Source of the DNA: Mobula hypostoma
Taxonomy: Eukaryota
Length of the DNA stretch: 64,000 nt
Reading direction: 5' to 3'
Assembly (NCBI RefSeq): GCF_963921235.1
Contig: NC_086108.1
Location: forward strand, 95,420,001-95,484,000
This document shows, piece after piece, positions 1 to 12,768 of this stretch. Made by a program: the position numbers and the translations under genes. Under the pieces are notes generated by a model. That model did not search any database, was not told where the DNA came from, and saw only the letters and a program-made list of their open reading frames with translations. Each line of letters opens with the position of its first letter. Within the stretch, counting starts at the first letter, position 1.

Positions 1-589
1 TAACACAACACAACATCCTGCTGTATCTCCTTTACGGTTGAGAAGCTCTCAGAAGGCTGTTGAGCACCACGAAGGGAGGAAGGTTATCCTAAGCGTTGGA
101 ATCAGGTTCTGTTTCGTTGTGAGGGCGAGGAGCTTCGGAGGTGTAGTGGAAATCAATCATTTCCCAGCCCCATTATGATATTCAGCGCCCAAAGTGCTGG
201 TAGCACCTTACCACTGCGGCTGCGCAAACTTTCAGCGCATCGTGGCTGTAGTAAAGAAAAACGAAAGCGGTTCATCTTAAATTCTTTGATTCACCTATGG
301 CTCACTCGGGTTGCTGTAACTAAAACACTGTACAGAGTTCCAAGATGTCCATTGTGTACATGCAGTAATACCCACTCATGGGTAAACATGAAATAAACGC
401 GGTTTTGCAATGAGACCGTGGCTCGTGATTCAGTTCACGAATACACAACCAGCATTGTAATTTAATGTATTTTATAAGGTATAGCTTATCCCACTCCTAG
501 CAGGAACTAGGACCTGGAAGGAAGTACCCATCCTAACGAGCAGCAGTGGAAATTGAACTCCGATCTGGCGCAGTAGATCAGGAACACCG

Positions 590-768
590 AGCTGCCAATG
601 GAAGATGCGGGTTCAGATGTAGCATTTAGGAGAAGTTTGGATAGATACGTGAACCGGAGGGGTATACTGTAATGGGCTTGTGTCCAGGTGCAGGTAGATG
701 GGCCGAGGCAGAAGGCCGGCCTGGCATGGACTAGACGGGCCGAGGGCTGTGGTGCTCTATGTCTCTAG
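590..768 (+). mobile_element. CR1-type LINE/SINE 3' end relic in Gfi1 intron
   Basis: Resembles the other CR1 3' ends in the window (...ttggatagatac...ggcatggactagacgggccgagggc...ctctatgtctcta). Confidence 0.6.
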
Positions 769-996
769 TTAGTGATCAGGCATATTTTATGGGTTTTCGC
801 TTGATGTTATATTGTTGATTTTAGGACTATTTCAACGTAGTTTCAGATATATGTTGGCGTACACATGGCAACTGTGAAAGTGTTGGGCTCGGAGTTCCAG
901 TTCCTAGTGTAGTTCGGTTCTGTTCACCGCCTTGGATTCGGTCGTTATCTCCGGGACGTTGCCGTGATTTCCTTCTGGTGTGAACGCCGTTGCTAA

Positions 997-1170
<174 letters not shown>

Positions 1171-1324
1171 TAACGTACAACCAACAAGCCTTGCACAGTA
1201 CCGTGGCCCCAAGTAACCAAATAGCAAGCAGCCCCACTACCGCTTTATCATAACACCACCCGCCCGAAACAAACACGTCTTTTAGAAAAACACAAACTTA
1301 ATTATAACAATAAACGATAATCAA

Positions 1325-1710
1325 AATACGCAGATGCTAGAAACTTTAAGTAAAATTGTGAAGTGCTGGAAGTACCCAGTTGTTCAGATAGCATCAGCGG
1401 GGAGACAAGCTTCAGGGTGATAACTTTTTAGCAGATGAACAAATTCTCCCCCTCAACACATTTTAGTTACACCTTTTTTATCTGCACAACTTGTTTTCTT
1501 TTGCACTTGGGTTGTTTGTCAGTATTTATGTATAGTTTTCCCCATAAATTCTATCTTAATTCTTTATTTTCCTTTAAATGTCCGCAAGAAAATAAATCTC
1601 AGGGTAGTATATGGTTACATATAATTTGATAATAAATTTATCTGGAATTGACTTTGACTTTGAAATACTGTCTGATCCGCAGAGTATCTTCAGTACTTTC
1701 CATTTTGATT
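1325..1710. mobile_element. Fold-back PLE-terminal-repeat derivative interrupted by a Rex1-type 3' tail (~1455-1662)
   Basis: Left arm gcagatgctagaa...gtgctggaagtacccag...agcatc; right arm tactgtctgatccgcagagtatcttcagtacttt; the middle ends in gactttgactttga. Confidence 0.5.
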
Positions 1711-2405
1711 ACCGAGACCTTTGGTTATGCTCGATTAACCGTTATTATAGAAAAAGATTATGGGAAATTCAGTGGTGAACATCACAATGAATTTCAGAAT
1801 ATCGTGGAAAGGAACACGCTTGCATGGTCTTGTAGAAAAAGCTTACAGAGGAAGTGTGGGAGAAAGAGGTGAAGGAGATGGTTGGATTTCTAAAGGCAAT
1901 AGTTCAAAGTAAATGTATTATCAAAGTCCGTAAATTAATTTCCTTGCCGATATTCGCGGTAGAACAAAGAAATACAATAGAGCCAATGAACACAAGACGG
2001 ACAAAGGTCAGTGTAGAAAAGAAGACAAACTGCAAATATCAAATAAAATAAATAATAATAATAATACATAGTAAATAAATAACTATAATAATACAGAGAA
2101 CATGAGTTGTCGAGACCTTGAAAATGAGTCTCTAGGTTATGGAATTATTTCAGGGTTGTGCTGAGTGAACCACGCTGGTATCAAAGGCCATGTGGGATTC
2201 GCTATTGAATGGTGCAGCGTACTTGAAGGGCCGAATGGCCTACGTCTGATGTTGTTCTGTGTTTCTAAATATAGTGGCTCGTTCAAAGAGCTGATGTTTC
2301 AGGACCAGGGCCCTCTTGGACCTGAAATATTGACCGCTTCTCTTTCTTCATATTCGAGTATTGAATTCTATAAATCGAGGGTCAAAGTATAAATTCGTTA
2401 TGTAA

Positions 2406-2594
<189 letters not shown>

Positions 2595-2864
2595 TAAATG
2601 CACGGCGGGGGTTACGTGTCACGTTTGCAGCGTGCCCTTTGATTAAAAAAAATGTACAGCCATCTATCCTGCGCACAGAACTGGAAACTAAGTTATCTTG
2701 TTAATCTGCAAAGGGAGGGACAAAGAGATAAAGCGATCACACTGCTAGACAAATGTCAATGTCTGTAAGATGCACTTTTCTAGAAAGCAAAATGCGGATA
2801 TAATATATTAAAGTGAAATTCAACTTCAAGATAATGGCTTGAATCAAGTAATGCTCGGTATTTA

Positions 2865-3409
2865 CACTCAGTGGCCACTTATTAGGCACACCTGTACACC
2901 TACTTGTAAATTCAAATATTTATTCAACAAATCACGTGGCAGCAACTCAATGCAGAAAAGCACGCAGGCATGGTCAAGAGGTTCAGAGCAAACATCAGAA
3001 TAGGGAAGAAATATGATCGTAGTGACCTTGACCTTGATTGTTGGTGGTGCCAGACTGGGTGGTTTGAGTATTTCCGAGACTGCTGATCTCCCGGATTTTC
3101 ACGCACAATGGTCTCTAGAGTTTACAGAGAATGGTGCAAAAAAAAACACTCGGAAAAAAAGACAACACACACATCTAGTGAGCAGCAGTTCTGTGGGCGA
3201 AAATACCTTGTTAATGAGAGAGTTCAGAGAATGGCCAGACAGATAGGAAGGCAATATTAACTCAAATGATCAGGTGTCACAACAGTAGTGTGCAGAAGAG
3301 CGTCTCTGAACGCACAGGTCGAACCTGAACTGGATGGGCTACGGCAGCAGCAGATCCCATGACCATTTTATTAAGTGCAGGCGATACCTAATAAAATGTC
3401 CACTAAGTG
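2865..3409 (+). mobile_element. Tc1/mariner-derived non-autonomous element, copy 1
   Basis: TA|CACTCAGTGGCCACTT-ATTAGG left TIR; right end tacctaataaaatgtccactaagtg; remnant HTH IVGARxGGLSISETADL. Confidence 0.85.
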
Positions 3410-5078
3410 TGTATGTGACTCAAACCAAACCTTGTACATCAGAGAGAAAGGCTTTCACTTTGCAGAAAGCTAACTGGACAGTAGAATCAAGGGCAGATTC
3501 GAACTCCCAATTAACACTGTCCCGACCATTCGTGCAGCCTGAACGTGTAGTAAATTAGATTAATAGCAATCTCGACTTTGAACCTTTCAAGTTAATCCCT
3601 CACCTTTCCCCTACCGTCGCGTGAAACGGTCCCCGGAATTGTTTTTTATTATTATGACTCACAAAAGCCCAGCTTGCCGGTTGGGTTTTGTGTGCGTTTC
3701 ATTCTTCACAGTTTGCAGTGCAACTCAATGCCTGTGCAATATTGAATCTCTTTCTGAACAATATCTGACGAAAGAGACGGCTTTTGGCAATGATTTCATT
3801 AACGGCATCTGTTTAATAATTGAATCCTAGCAATCCAATCAGTGTGGTTTAATATGATCCGTCCGCTGTTTATTCAGAGAGCTCGTGTAAGATGATTTAC
3901 CTCGTATGACTAGCCTGGTCTTGATTTAGAGACCAAAGTAAATGACAGGTGAATCACACGAGACTGTGGTGTTAGCCAGCTCAGTTTCAGGTCGTCTGCC
4001 GTATATAAATTGAGGCGACAAACAGACCCAAGCGCAGATCTGATTTCACATTAACCAACAGCATTTGAAAATCAGGGTTCAGTGGTCAGGGGAAAGGTAT
4101 AATTGGCAGACATTGACGTTTAACTCTTCACCCGGTTACATGTAGGCTGGTATTACCCTCTACTGTGCCCATTGTCTTGTTTATTATTTATTGTAATGCC
4201 TGCACTGTTTTGTGCACTTTATGCAGTCCTGGGTAGGTCTGTATTCTAGTGTAGATTTTGTGTTGTTTTTACGTAGTTCAGTGTAGTTTTTGTATTGTTT
4301 CATGTAGCGTCATGGTCCTGAAAAACGTTGTCTGGTTTTTACTGTGTACTGTACCAGCAGTTATGGTCGAAATGACAATAAAAAGTGACTTGACTGGACA
4401 CAATGTTAAAAGCAGGGCAGTCTGTAAAACTCAGAAGAAACTGGCAAATGTCCAAACCCCGTCTAACCTTCCTAAATTTTGAGAGTACACAGTGAATTTT
4501 CATTTTCTCTTTCTTATTACGGCTTTTGTTACCTTATTTCAGAAAGCTCAGCCGGTGTTAGTGCAGCCTGACGCATTTCGGATATCTGACCGGCCTATTC
4601 CTAGCATGAAAGAGGGCCGTCTCTTTATTCAGGGTGAAACGGCGGGTTCATGTTTCAAAATCAACATTACCTGGCATTTACCGGGAGAAATGACAAGGCA
4701 GCTAAAGTCATAGCTGAACGGGGTTTTTGCTCACGTATCAATTTTAAAATAATCCCGAACTTGGAGTGTGTATCTCGGCGTTTGAGGACTTTAGACGAGG
4801 CACTTGTAAAAGAACGATCTCTTTACTCTGACCCTTTGCAGTGTCGAAGGTGAGAAGCTCCACAGTGCGCATCTCGACTAAAAATAAACAGTCAGCATCT
4901 ACTGTCAGAGGCTTATCGAGGCCATTGGTTAAAATGACACATCACGCCTCAATTTTACAAGCTCCGTCTCTCCATTTCCTGATTTAGCTGCAGTTCAACC
5001 TCTGAAAGAAACCATATCTAACAATCTAGACCTAGCCAATTACCGAAACTGGGACAGTAATAATCTGTTGGCGACCTA

Positions 5079-5127
5079 TTATTGGGTTGTTATTTAAATA
5101 AAATTTATTTAAATAACAACCCAATAA
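5079..5127. repeat. Perfect 24-bp-arm palindrome with 1-nt spacer
   Basis: TTATTGGGTTGTTATTTAAATAAA-A-TTTATTTAAATAACAACCCAATAA; the arms are exact reverse complements. Confidence 0.95.
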
Positions 5128-5847
5128 CGTATAGCCATTTACGGTTTGGCTGGGAATTCGTTTTTAATTTTTTCTCAGTAGTTTAGTCATCGTTGGCATG
5201 GCGTTAACTACTTGTATAATTGTCTCGGGTTGTCGCCTGTTTGTTTAGTTGCAAGGAAGAAGGGGTTTCCCCTGACTAAGGAATGCAGGGCTGGGGACTG
5301 TGGTCTCCAAGGGCAGCCCATGTGGGACTGAGGGTGGGGAATCTTTAGATTTCCTTGTTCTGCAGGATTCTGGAGACCCAGTCATTCAGTGCGATCAGAC
5401 CAGGGAACGATAACATTTCTAGATCAGAGATTTAGCAAAACGATGCTAAGGTATAAAATATCAGTTATGACCTTTATGGAAGGTGAATGGCTTCCTCCAT
5501 ATAATAAAAAAATAAGGCTAAGGTAATATAAAAAAGACTATTATAAAATCAGTGTTTCGCGTTCTTTCTCTTTCGTTTAAGCATTCCAATAGTTTTCCCT
5601 GTATTTGTTTTTTATAATGATGAACCTGTTTTATGCAGTGAATTGGAGAGATTTTCAGGTTCCAGTCCATGGCTTCCAACGTTCAAACGAGGCCGGTTCC
5701 TGTAGGACCTCAATGTGCAACGAAATCTTTCTGTGGGCAGTTGCTTTCGATTCCGTTACACGTGGGGTGTTTTCCTTGCTTCCACCATTAATGTGCGTGA
5801 TAAAAATCCAACTCCAAATTTTGTTTTCCAGTGAAATTAACTAAATA

Positions 5848-6364
5848 CATTCAGTCGGCTCTCTATTATGTGGCCACCGAGTGTCTGTTCGTGATTTTCT
5901 GTTACGGTAGCCCATCCATTTCGAGGTCCAACGTGCTGTGGATTCAGAGGTGCTCTCCTGCGCATAACGCATGGTTACTTGAGTTACCGTCGCCTTCCTG
6001 TCAGCTTGAAGCAGTTTGGCCATTCTCCTCTGACCTCTCTCATTAACAAGGCGTTTCCGCCCACAGAACTGTCGCTCACTGGATTTTTCTTTGGTTTCTC
6101 GCACTATTCTCTAGAGACTGTTGTGCGTGAGAACCGCAGGAAATCAACAGTTTCTCAGATACTCAAACCACCCCTTCTGGCACCAACAGTTACACTTAGA
6201 TCATACTTCTTGCCCCATTCTGATGTTTGGTCTGAACAATCACTGATCCTCTTGGGCATATCTGTATGCTTTAATGCATTGAATTGCTGCCACGTAGTTG
6301 GCTGATTAGATATTTGCATTAACGAGCTGGTGTACACGTGTACCTAATAAAGTGCCACCGAGTA
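5848..6364 (-). mobile_element. Tc1-derived element, copy 2
   Basis: TIR gtacctaataaagtgccaccgagt at the right end; ORF 5841-6104 SSERQFCGRKRLVNERGQRRMAKL..ADRKATVTQ is the transposase N-terminus. Confidence 0.85.
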
Positions 6365-6435
6365 ATATCGTTAATAGACGTGGTTCAATTCCAAATACTA
6401 TCTGTTTCCAGTTAAATTTACAAAATCCTTTTTCT

Positions 6436-6670
6436 TAAGCGCGTCTCTCCTGCTGGGGCATAGGCCGCCGACAGCAGCTCCCCACAGTCCGTTGTCCTGG
6501 GCCAGTCTTTCCAGCCCGTCTATACGTCTTCATAGCGAAGATCCTTCCTCTCCAGGGATGAGGTCTTTGGGGCTTCGGTCGGCGTTCCTGTAACACTGGG
6601 TTTTTACGGGTTGAGCCCCTGCGCAACCCTCATTTCGCAGCCGGGTTTGGGACCGTCCGTGACGGAGTTA
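6436..6670 (-). mobile_element. Short RTE-derived (5'-leader plus 3'-tail) element
   Basis: Minus strand ggtcccaaacccggc...gagggttgcgcaggggctcaacccgtaaaaa (RTE-leader-like) joined to ...gctgctgtcggcggcctatgccccagc; a relative lies at 31320-31550. Confidence 0.55.
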
Positions 6671-6762
6671 AATTTACGAAACGTGTGCGTTATATTTATA
6701 AAATGAGAATAAGTTTACTATCATTCTAGTTTGATTCAAACGCTGCGATTCTCAAATACTGA

Positions 6763-6963
<201 letters not shown>

Positions 6964-7699
6964 ACCAGGAAAAATATAAATCTGGACTCCTGCACGGCAA
7001 GGGGCCCTTGTGAATTCTGTGTGAATCGCACGCGAAACTCTACCTGGGATTATAACCCTGGCCTTTCTGTGACCCACTGACTAGCTGCGGCCTTAAACCA
7101 CCGTCAGACTCTAACATCAGGTGCTTGTTCGATTTGTGCAGTGTTTCAGAAGCAAACTTCTTAAATTATTGTAGATGGGTGCATCATTGTTACAATATTT
7201 TTGGGATGCATGCGTTTAAACCATCTGAAAGATGTTTTATTTCTGAGCAGTAAAGGGAACAGTCTGATTAAATTCCCCGTTGCTCAACGTTGTATTGGCA
7301 CTCTGTGACTTTTAAATAGAAGTACAGTAATAATTTATATCTAAAAAACCGGGAAGGGCAGTCCGCCACAGCCCGGCGACCCTTGGTAAATTTTCTAAAA
7401 TCCACTTACAGCTTCCACTTGAGAAAGACCCATCGAAAGTCTTACAGAAGCAAAATGCAATAGTTGAACAAATAATTGCATTGTAAAACTCATTGTGATC
7501 TACGTATTTCGCATGTCGTTACCATTGATGTCAATAATTTTGTTTCTGGGAGACGTGGTATTCAATCGCACGTCGCAGGAACTGGAGAGATTTCCGTCAC
7601 GTACTGGCGTTTGAGGCGACTAAGCCCCCGCAATGTCCACCACGCAACCTAAGTCTATCGCAGTTTTACCCTTAGTCTGATGAAACCAGTCTCTGCTAC

Positions 7700-9185
7700 C
7701 CAACGCCAGCAGGAAGACCTTCGAGAGCAGACAGGTATCCCCAATGATTCTAAATTGCCCCTCGCAAATCCAAAGCCTGGAAAGAGAAGGGTGGGCCAGG
7801 AACCCTCCAAGATAAGATAACTGTGGCCATCTCAAGAAAGGAGACAAACGCAGCTGCAGTAACTACGGAGAGTTCTTCTTGTATTCTGCCAACAAGAAAG
7901 TCATTGTTAGGATCCTCCAGTGCCTGAAGAGCTGCTCCTCCATTCGAAGCGTGAGCTTTATCGGATACCAACTCGAAGACAAGTGCAGTGAGCAGTGCCC
8001 ACTATTACACTGGCCTTCTTTGATCTGACAGAATCCATCAATCAGGAGAGACCGTGGGGCACCCTTCTCAAATTTGCTGCAGGCCACGATTTTAACCAAC
8101 AAGGGCCATAACAGATCCGATCTCGTTGAAGACAATGGCGAGCAAGGGTGCGTCACCTTTGCAACACTTCTCTCCGTAACACTCCAAGTCAATTCCCACT
8201 GGAATGGAACGAATCCCCGGGACAAATGGGAAAATATCCAACCCGCGATTCTTACACTCCACAATCAAAGCCATCTCCGCCTGCAGTTTTCAAGCCTGGT
8301 ACAATACAATTGGTGTATCTTCATCTTTGGAGAACTAGCGCCAGATTACGACAGGCATGAAATATAATTCCCACAAACCCAAGGTCCGATACCAACCTTC
8401 CCCTGTGGTACGCCAAGGAGCACCGTGAAACGCTGACAGGCACTGGTAATGAAATTCGCCATTACGTCCATTGTCCTCAATTCGCATTAGGCCATCTGAA
8501 AGAAACGGTGAAGAACAAGCCCTCCAGTCCAAAAGTTCTTGGGTTGACGCGGAGAAATGATCACGATCCTCCTGTGCACCTTGGGGGGTGGGGGGGGGGG
8601 ATGATGGATTATTAGTGGCGCAATGACTCCAGTTGAGTGTGATGTTCTAAGGCGATGTCTATTGATGGGTCCTCAGGTGGCCGATGCGGGGTGGACTACC
8701 TCTGGAACTGGAGGACCACCAACACCGTCCCCACTGAAATCTCCAAATCTACTGGTGTCCATTTCCCACCACCTACGTCCCAATTACTCTCAGAATTTCT
8801 GGACAGGTTGCGTTGTTTACGCAACCTAAATACTCTAATCGAAGTGCATATAGTGCAAGAGGTTACCAGGTGGGCAAGGAGAACACCAAAAGAATTTTCT
8901 CCGAGTCTCCTCGAAACGAAATTGTAAAATCCCCATCTAGTTGTCAGGAATCCTGCTCAAAATGGTGAAGGATTGATTCGGGAATTTCACGCCCCTTCGC
9001 AGGAACACCCAATGTGTATGGCGGAAAGGAAGGGTCACCTCTCTAACCACCCACCCGCCATCTCTGTCAGACACGTCCTGTCCCACTTGTAACAGAGTGG
9101 GTCCTGCTTTCGCCTCATTTCTCAGTTCAGACCCTGTGGAACTGGAGTGGGAACTGGTCATCCTCCGTCCCAAGGGTCTGTGTGT
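7700..9185 (+). mobile_element. Highly decayed RTE-clade LINE (RT and C-terminus)
   Basis: Frameshifted motifs LKKGDKRSCSNY, QLEDKCSEQ, AFFDLT, GEQGCV, RWA and CPTC, plus an RTE-like end gtcatcctccgtcccaagggtctg. Confidence 0.7.
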
Positions 9186-9349
9186 GAAGAAGGAACCTCA
9201 CAGCCGGGATTTACATGACAAGAAATGGATTTGTCCTTACTCTGACGGTCCGCAACAGTTGTCCCGCGGAGATGTGTTTGGTAAATAGATCAATCCAATA
9301 TTTATCGTAACTCGCTTTGAGTTTTTTTTAAAGAGATGATAAAGTAAGT

Positions 9350-9537
9350 AGGAGACACAAGAGACTGCAAACACTGGAAACCTGGAGAAACACAAACAAA
9401 ACACTGAAGGACCTCAGCGGTCAGACAGCGACTATGGAGGGGAATGGATAGTTAACGCTTCCGGTCCAGACCCTTCGTCAGGTAACCTCCATCGATACTG
9501 TCTGACCCGCTGAGTTCTTCCAGATATTCTTTGTGTT
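9350..9537. mobile_element. Fold-back PLE-repeat derivative with degenerate hammerhead (minus strand, ~9446-9483)
   Basis: ctcagcggtcagacagc pairs with ctgtctgacccgctgag; the centre reads CTGACGA-AGG...CCG-GAAG on the minus strand. Confidence 0.7.
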
Positions 9538-9829
9538 AATAACATCATTAAATGGTCAAGAAAAAATTGGAAATAACATAGCTTCATTAATCTCCCTTCT
9601 GCAAGAATGTATCTATCATGAGTCTTATAGTACAGAAGCTTTAGGAAGTCTTTCATCAATTGAAATCATCAGTCAAAGTCAAAAGCGGAGTCGGTAGAAG
9701 ATTTCTTCCTTTAAATTATTTTAAAATTGAAAGAGAGTAAATTAAAACGTGCCTTAAATATGAGAGTCTCTAAATAACACAGACTCCAGTCTTATTACGA
9801 CCTACATGCGGCCGGCAGCAAGTATAAAT

Positions 9830-9913
9830 ATCCCGATGAATGGTCTCGGCCTGAAACGTCGACTGTTACTCCTCTCCATAAATGCTGCCCGGCTTGCTGA
9901 CTTCCTCCAGCAT

Positions 9914-9953
<40 letters not shown>

Positions 9954-9995
9954 TGTGTTCCTCAAGGTTTCCAGCTGCATAATCTCTTGTGTTTA
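9830..9995 (+). mobile_element. PLE terminal-repeat fragment with mutated hammerhead and (TG)n expansion
   Basis: CCGATGA-ATGGTCTCGGCCT-GAAAC-GTC-GACTG followed by atgctgcc...gctgacttcctccagcattg(TG)n...tttccagc. Confidence 0.8.
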
Positions 9996-10177
9996 ACGTT
10001 AGAAGCTAGTATTTTTTTGGAGAGCATTAGAATTGGTGAAAAGGGAAAATTGACTAACGAGCAAAGGCCACCAAATTCAGAGGTGGAACGCCTTACTCAA
10101 GTATGTGAATTTTGTGTTAACTTTGTGTGATACTATAATATATTGCAATTTATTTATTCACAACGCCAAGGATTGTA

Positions 10178-10188
10178 AATAAAATAAA
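10178..10188 (+). terminator. Candidate Gfi1 polyadenylation signal (overlapping AATAAA x2)
   Basis: AATAAAATAAA, with upstream ATTTATTTA and downstream GT-rich ggtaatggttgtttgt. An ATTAAA at 7267-7272 is an alternative. Confidence 0.45.
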
Positions 10189-10339
10189 GAATTATGTCAA
10201 TCTTCCATTGGTAATGGTTGTTTGTCAGTGACAACACACCACATCCAAAATTTAAGTTTCCCGAACAAAAATACAGGCGGAAAGTTGAGAGGCAGGTAAC
10301 GCCTGGAATATTCAGAAGCTCCTGCCTTTTTAGTCAATT

Positions 10340-10662
10340 AGAGACATTGCGTTTGAACCGAAGCGAAGTGGAGAGGATGTTTCCTATAGTGGTAGAGTCG
10401 GAACCAGAGGGCACAGACTCAGAACAAAAGGACATCCCTTTAGGACAGAGATGAGGAGGAATTTCTTTAGCTAGAGGGTAGTGAATCTGTGGGTATATTT
10501 AAAGCGGAGGTTGATAGGTTTTTGATTAGTCAAGGCGTCAGCGGTTTCGGAGAGAAAACAGGAGAATGGGGGTTGAGAGGGATGGTAGATCAGAAATGAG
10601 GGATTGACGGAGCAGACTCGACGGGCCGAACGGCCCAGTTCTGCTCCTATGTTTTATGGTCA
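10340..10662 (+). mobile_element. CR1 LINE 3' fragment
   Basis: VERMFPIVVESxxRGHxL-type remnant, ending ttctgctcctatgttttatggtc. Confidence 0.8.
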
Positions 10663-12069
10663 ATGGAAAGTGCGAAATTGAACTATTACAAGAAATTAAT
10701 GAGATCGCCTGTACTTCAATACAACCTTTAAGCCCATGTAAACACATTTCAGGTCTCCCGTGGCAGCTCAACAGTCGGGGTGGGATACATCACTAATGCT
10801 GATCATGTTGCGAAATTTGAAGATTGTAAATATATTTCTAAACGCAGCTACTAGAGTCCTATTAAAAATGCATTATGCAGATTACATGTCACATTATTCA
10901 TGAAGTAGAAGTCGTACCTTTTGTGTGGGGCAGAAACATTAGACTGAAAGCTGAGCACACCTTGGTCTAGCTGTGTAAATTTTTAATAACACCTCCAGCT
11001 CACCATTTGGTAAGTCACAACCCAATGCACAAAAGTGGAAATTCAGAACTCTCCTATGGAAAGACAAACCCTTCAACCGCTTTGGAGAGACTTGTAGTAT
11101 GTTTTCACACACTCCAGTGGCGATTACATTACATATCAAGTGTGCACGGATATCAAGATTCAGACACTTATAATCAATTTCGTGTGGTCGATTTCTTAAC
11201 GGGGCGTCGTGCAAATGTACTGATAAGTGGTTTCCAGTCTTCGAGCCATTTCACTGATTATACGGCGGTTTAATTTTTAACTTTAATACAACCTCCCTTT
11301 CCAAATAGCCATTTTTCAATTAATCACCTCCCGGAGAGTATACTTCTCAAATCAAATTGGGCCATATAACACATTGTGCAAATCGTAGTGAGGTTGTTCA
11401 ACTCCACCCAGTGTGTGATTTGCCGATGCCGCAATGTCTTCTTTCTGAACTTCTCCCAGACACGTGGACGCATTACACCTGCCACAAATCAAATAATCGG
11501 TCATTCGACAAAACAAATGTTTGTGGAAGAAACCACACAAGGAGTCTTAAAGCCGATCAGTTCATCCCTACTTTTTATTGAGCACTGACTCCATTTGCAA
11601 AGCAATACAGGAGTTTCATAACAACGTGTTTCTGTTTTTTCCCCCCACACAAAGAGTTACTGCTGTACAGAAAAATAACTCACACGAGATGCATGTTGAA
11701 ATGGATTGGCGGTGGCAGAGTGTTATGCAATTAAACAGTTTAGTGTAGACTGTTGGATAATGCAATACATTTTTCCTGGTTTTGAAAGAGTGGTAGGATT
11801 ACAGCATCTGTTTGGATATTTCACTTGCGTTCCTGTTCTTCTTTCTTTAAATTGAATGGCGAATAATTAATGATGCCAGCACAAAGCATTGATCAGCAAG
11901 GTGGGGGCACTGACTGCATTCCTGGGAAGTTCACAGGACTGGTCCTGGTCCCACTTATATCCTTCACAAAGTGGGATCAAACAATTTTAAGGCTGAGGAT
12001 CGCAGAATTCCTAGTGCTACTGATCATAGAACATAGATCATAAAACATGAACGTAGAATATACAACATA

Positions 12070-12768
12070 GAATCGGAATCAGAATCAGGTTTATTATCAC
12101 TGGCATGTGACTCGAAATTTGTTAACTTAGCAGCAGCAGTTCAATGCAATACATAATCTAGCAGAGAAAAAAAAGATAAATAAAATAAAACAATAATAAT
12201 AAATAAACAAGTAAATCAATTACATATATTGAATAGATTTAAAATACATGCTAAAACAGAAATACTGTATATTAAAAAAAAGTGAGGTAGTGTCCAAAGC
12301 TTCAATGTCCATTTAGGAATCGGATGGCAGAGGGGAAGAAGCTGTTCCTGAATCGCTGAGTGTGTGCCTTCAGGCTTCTGTACCTCCTGCCTGATGGTAA
12401 CAGTGAGAAAAAGGCATGCCCTGGGTGCTGGAGATCCTTAATAATGGACGCTGCCTTTCTGAGACACCGTTCCCCGAAGATGTTCTGGGTACTTTGTAGG
12501 CTAGTGCCCAAGATGGAGCTGACTAGATTTTCAACCTTCTGCAGCTTCTTTCAGTCCTGAGCAGTAGCCCGTCCATACCAGACAGTGATGCAGCCTGTCA
12601 GAATGCTCTCCATGGTACAATTATAGAAGTTTTTCAGTGTATTTGTTGACATGCAAAATCTCTTCAAACTCCTAATAAAGTATAGCCGTTGTCTTGCCTT
12701 CTTTATAACTACATTGATATGTTGGGACCAGGTTAGATCCTCAGAGATCTTGACACCCAGGAACTTGA
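12070..12768 (-). mobile_element. Rex1/Babar-type LINE 3' fragment nested in a reverse CR1 relic (12025-13220)
   Basis: KFLGVKISEDLTWSQH..KKARQRLYF..ESILTGCITVWYG..HPGHAFFSLLPSGRRYRS; tail (gattct)n with AATAAA on the minus strand. Confidence 0.85.

Noticed and set aside
7620..9288. Cluster of GC-richer ORFs as a host gene
   Set aside because: The motifs map to a frameshifted RTE LINE reverse transcriptase.
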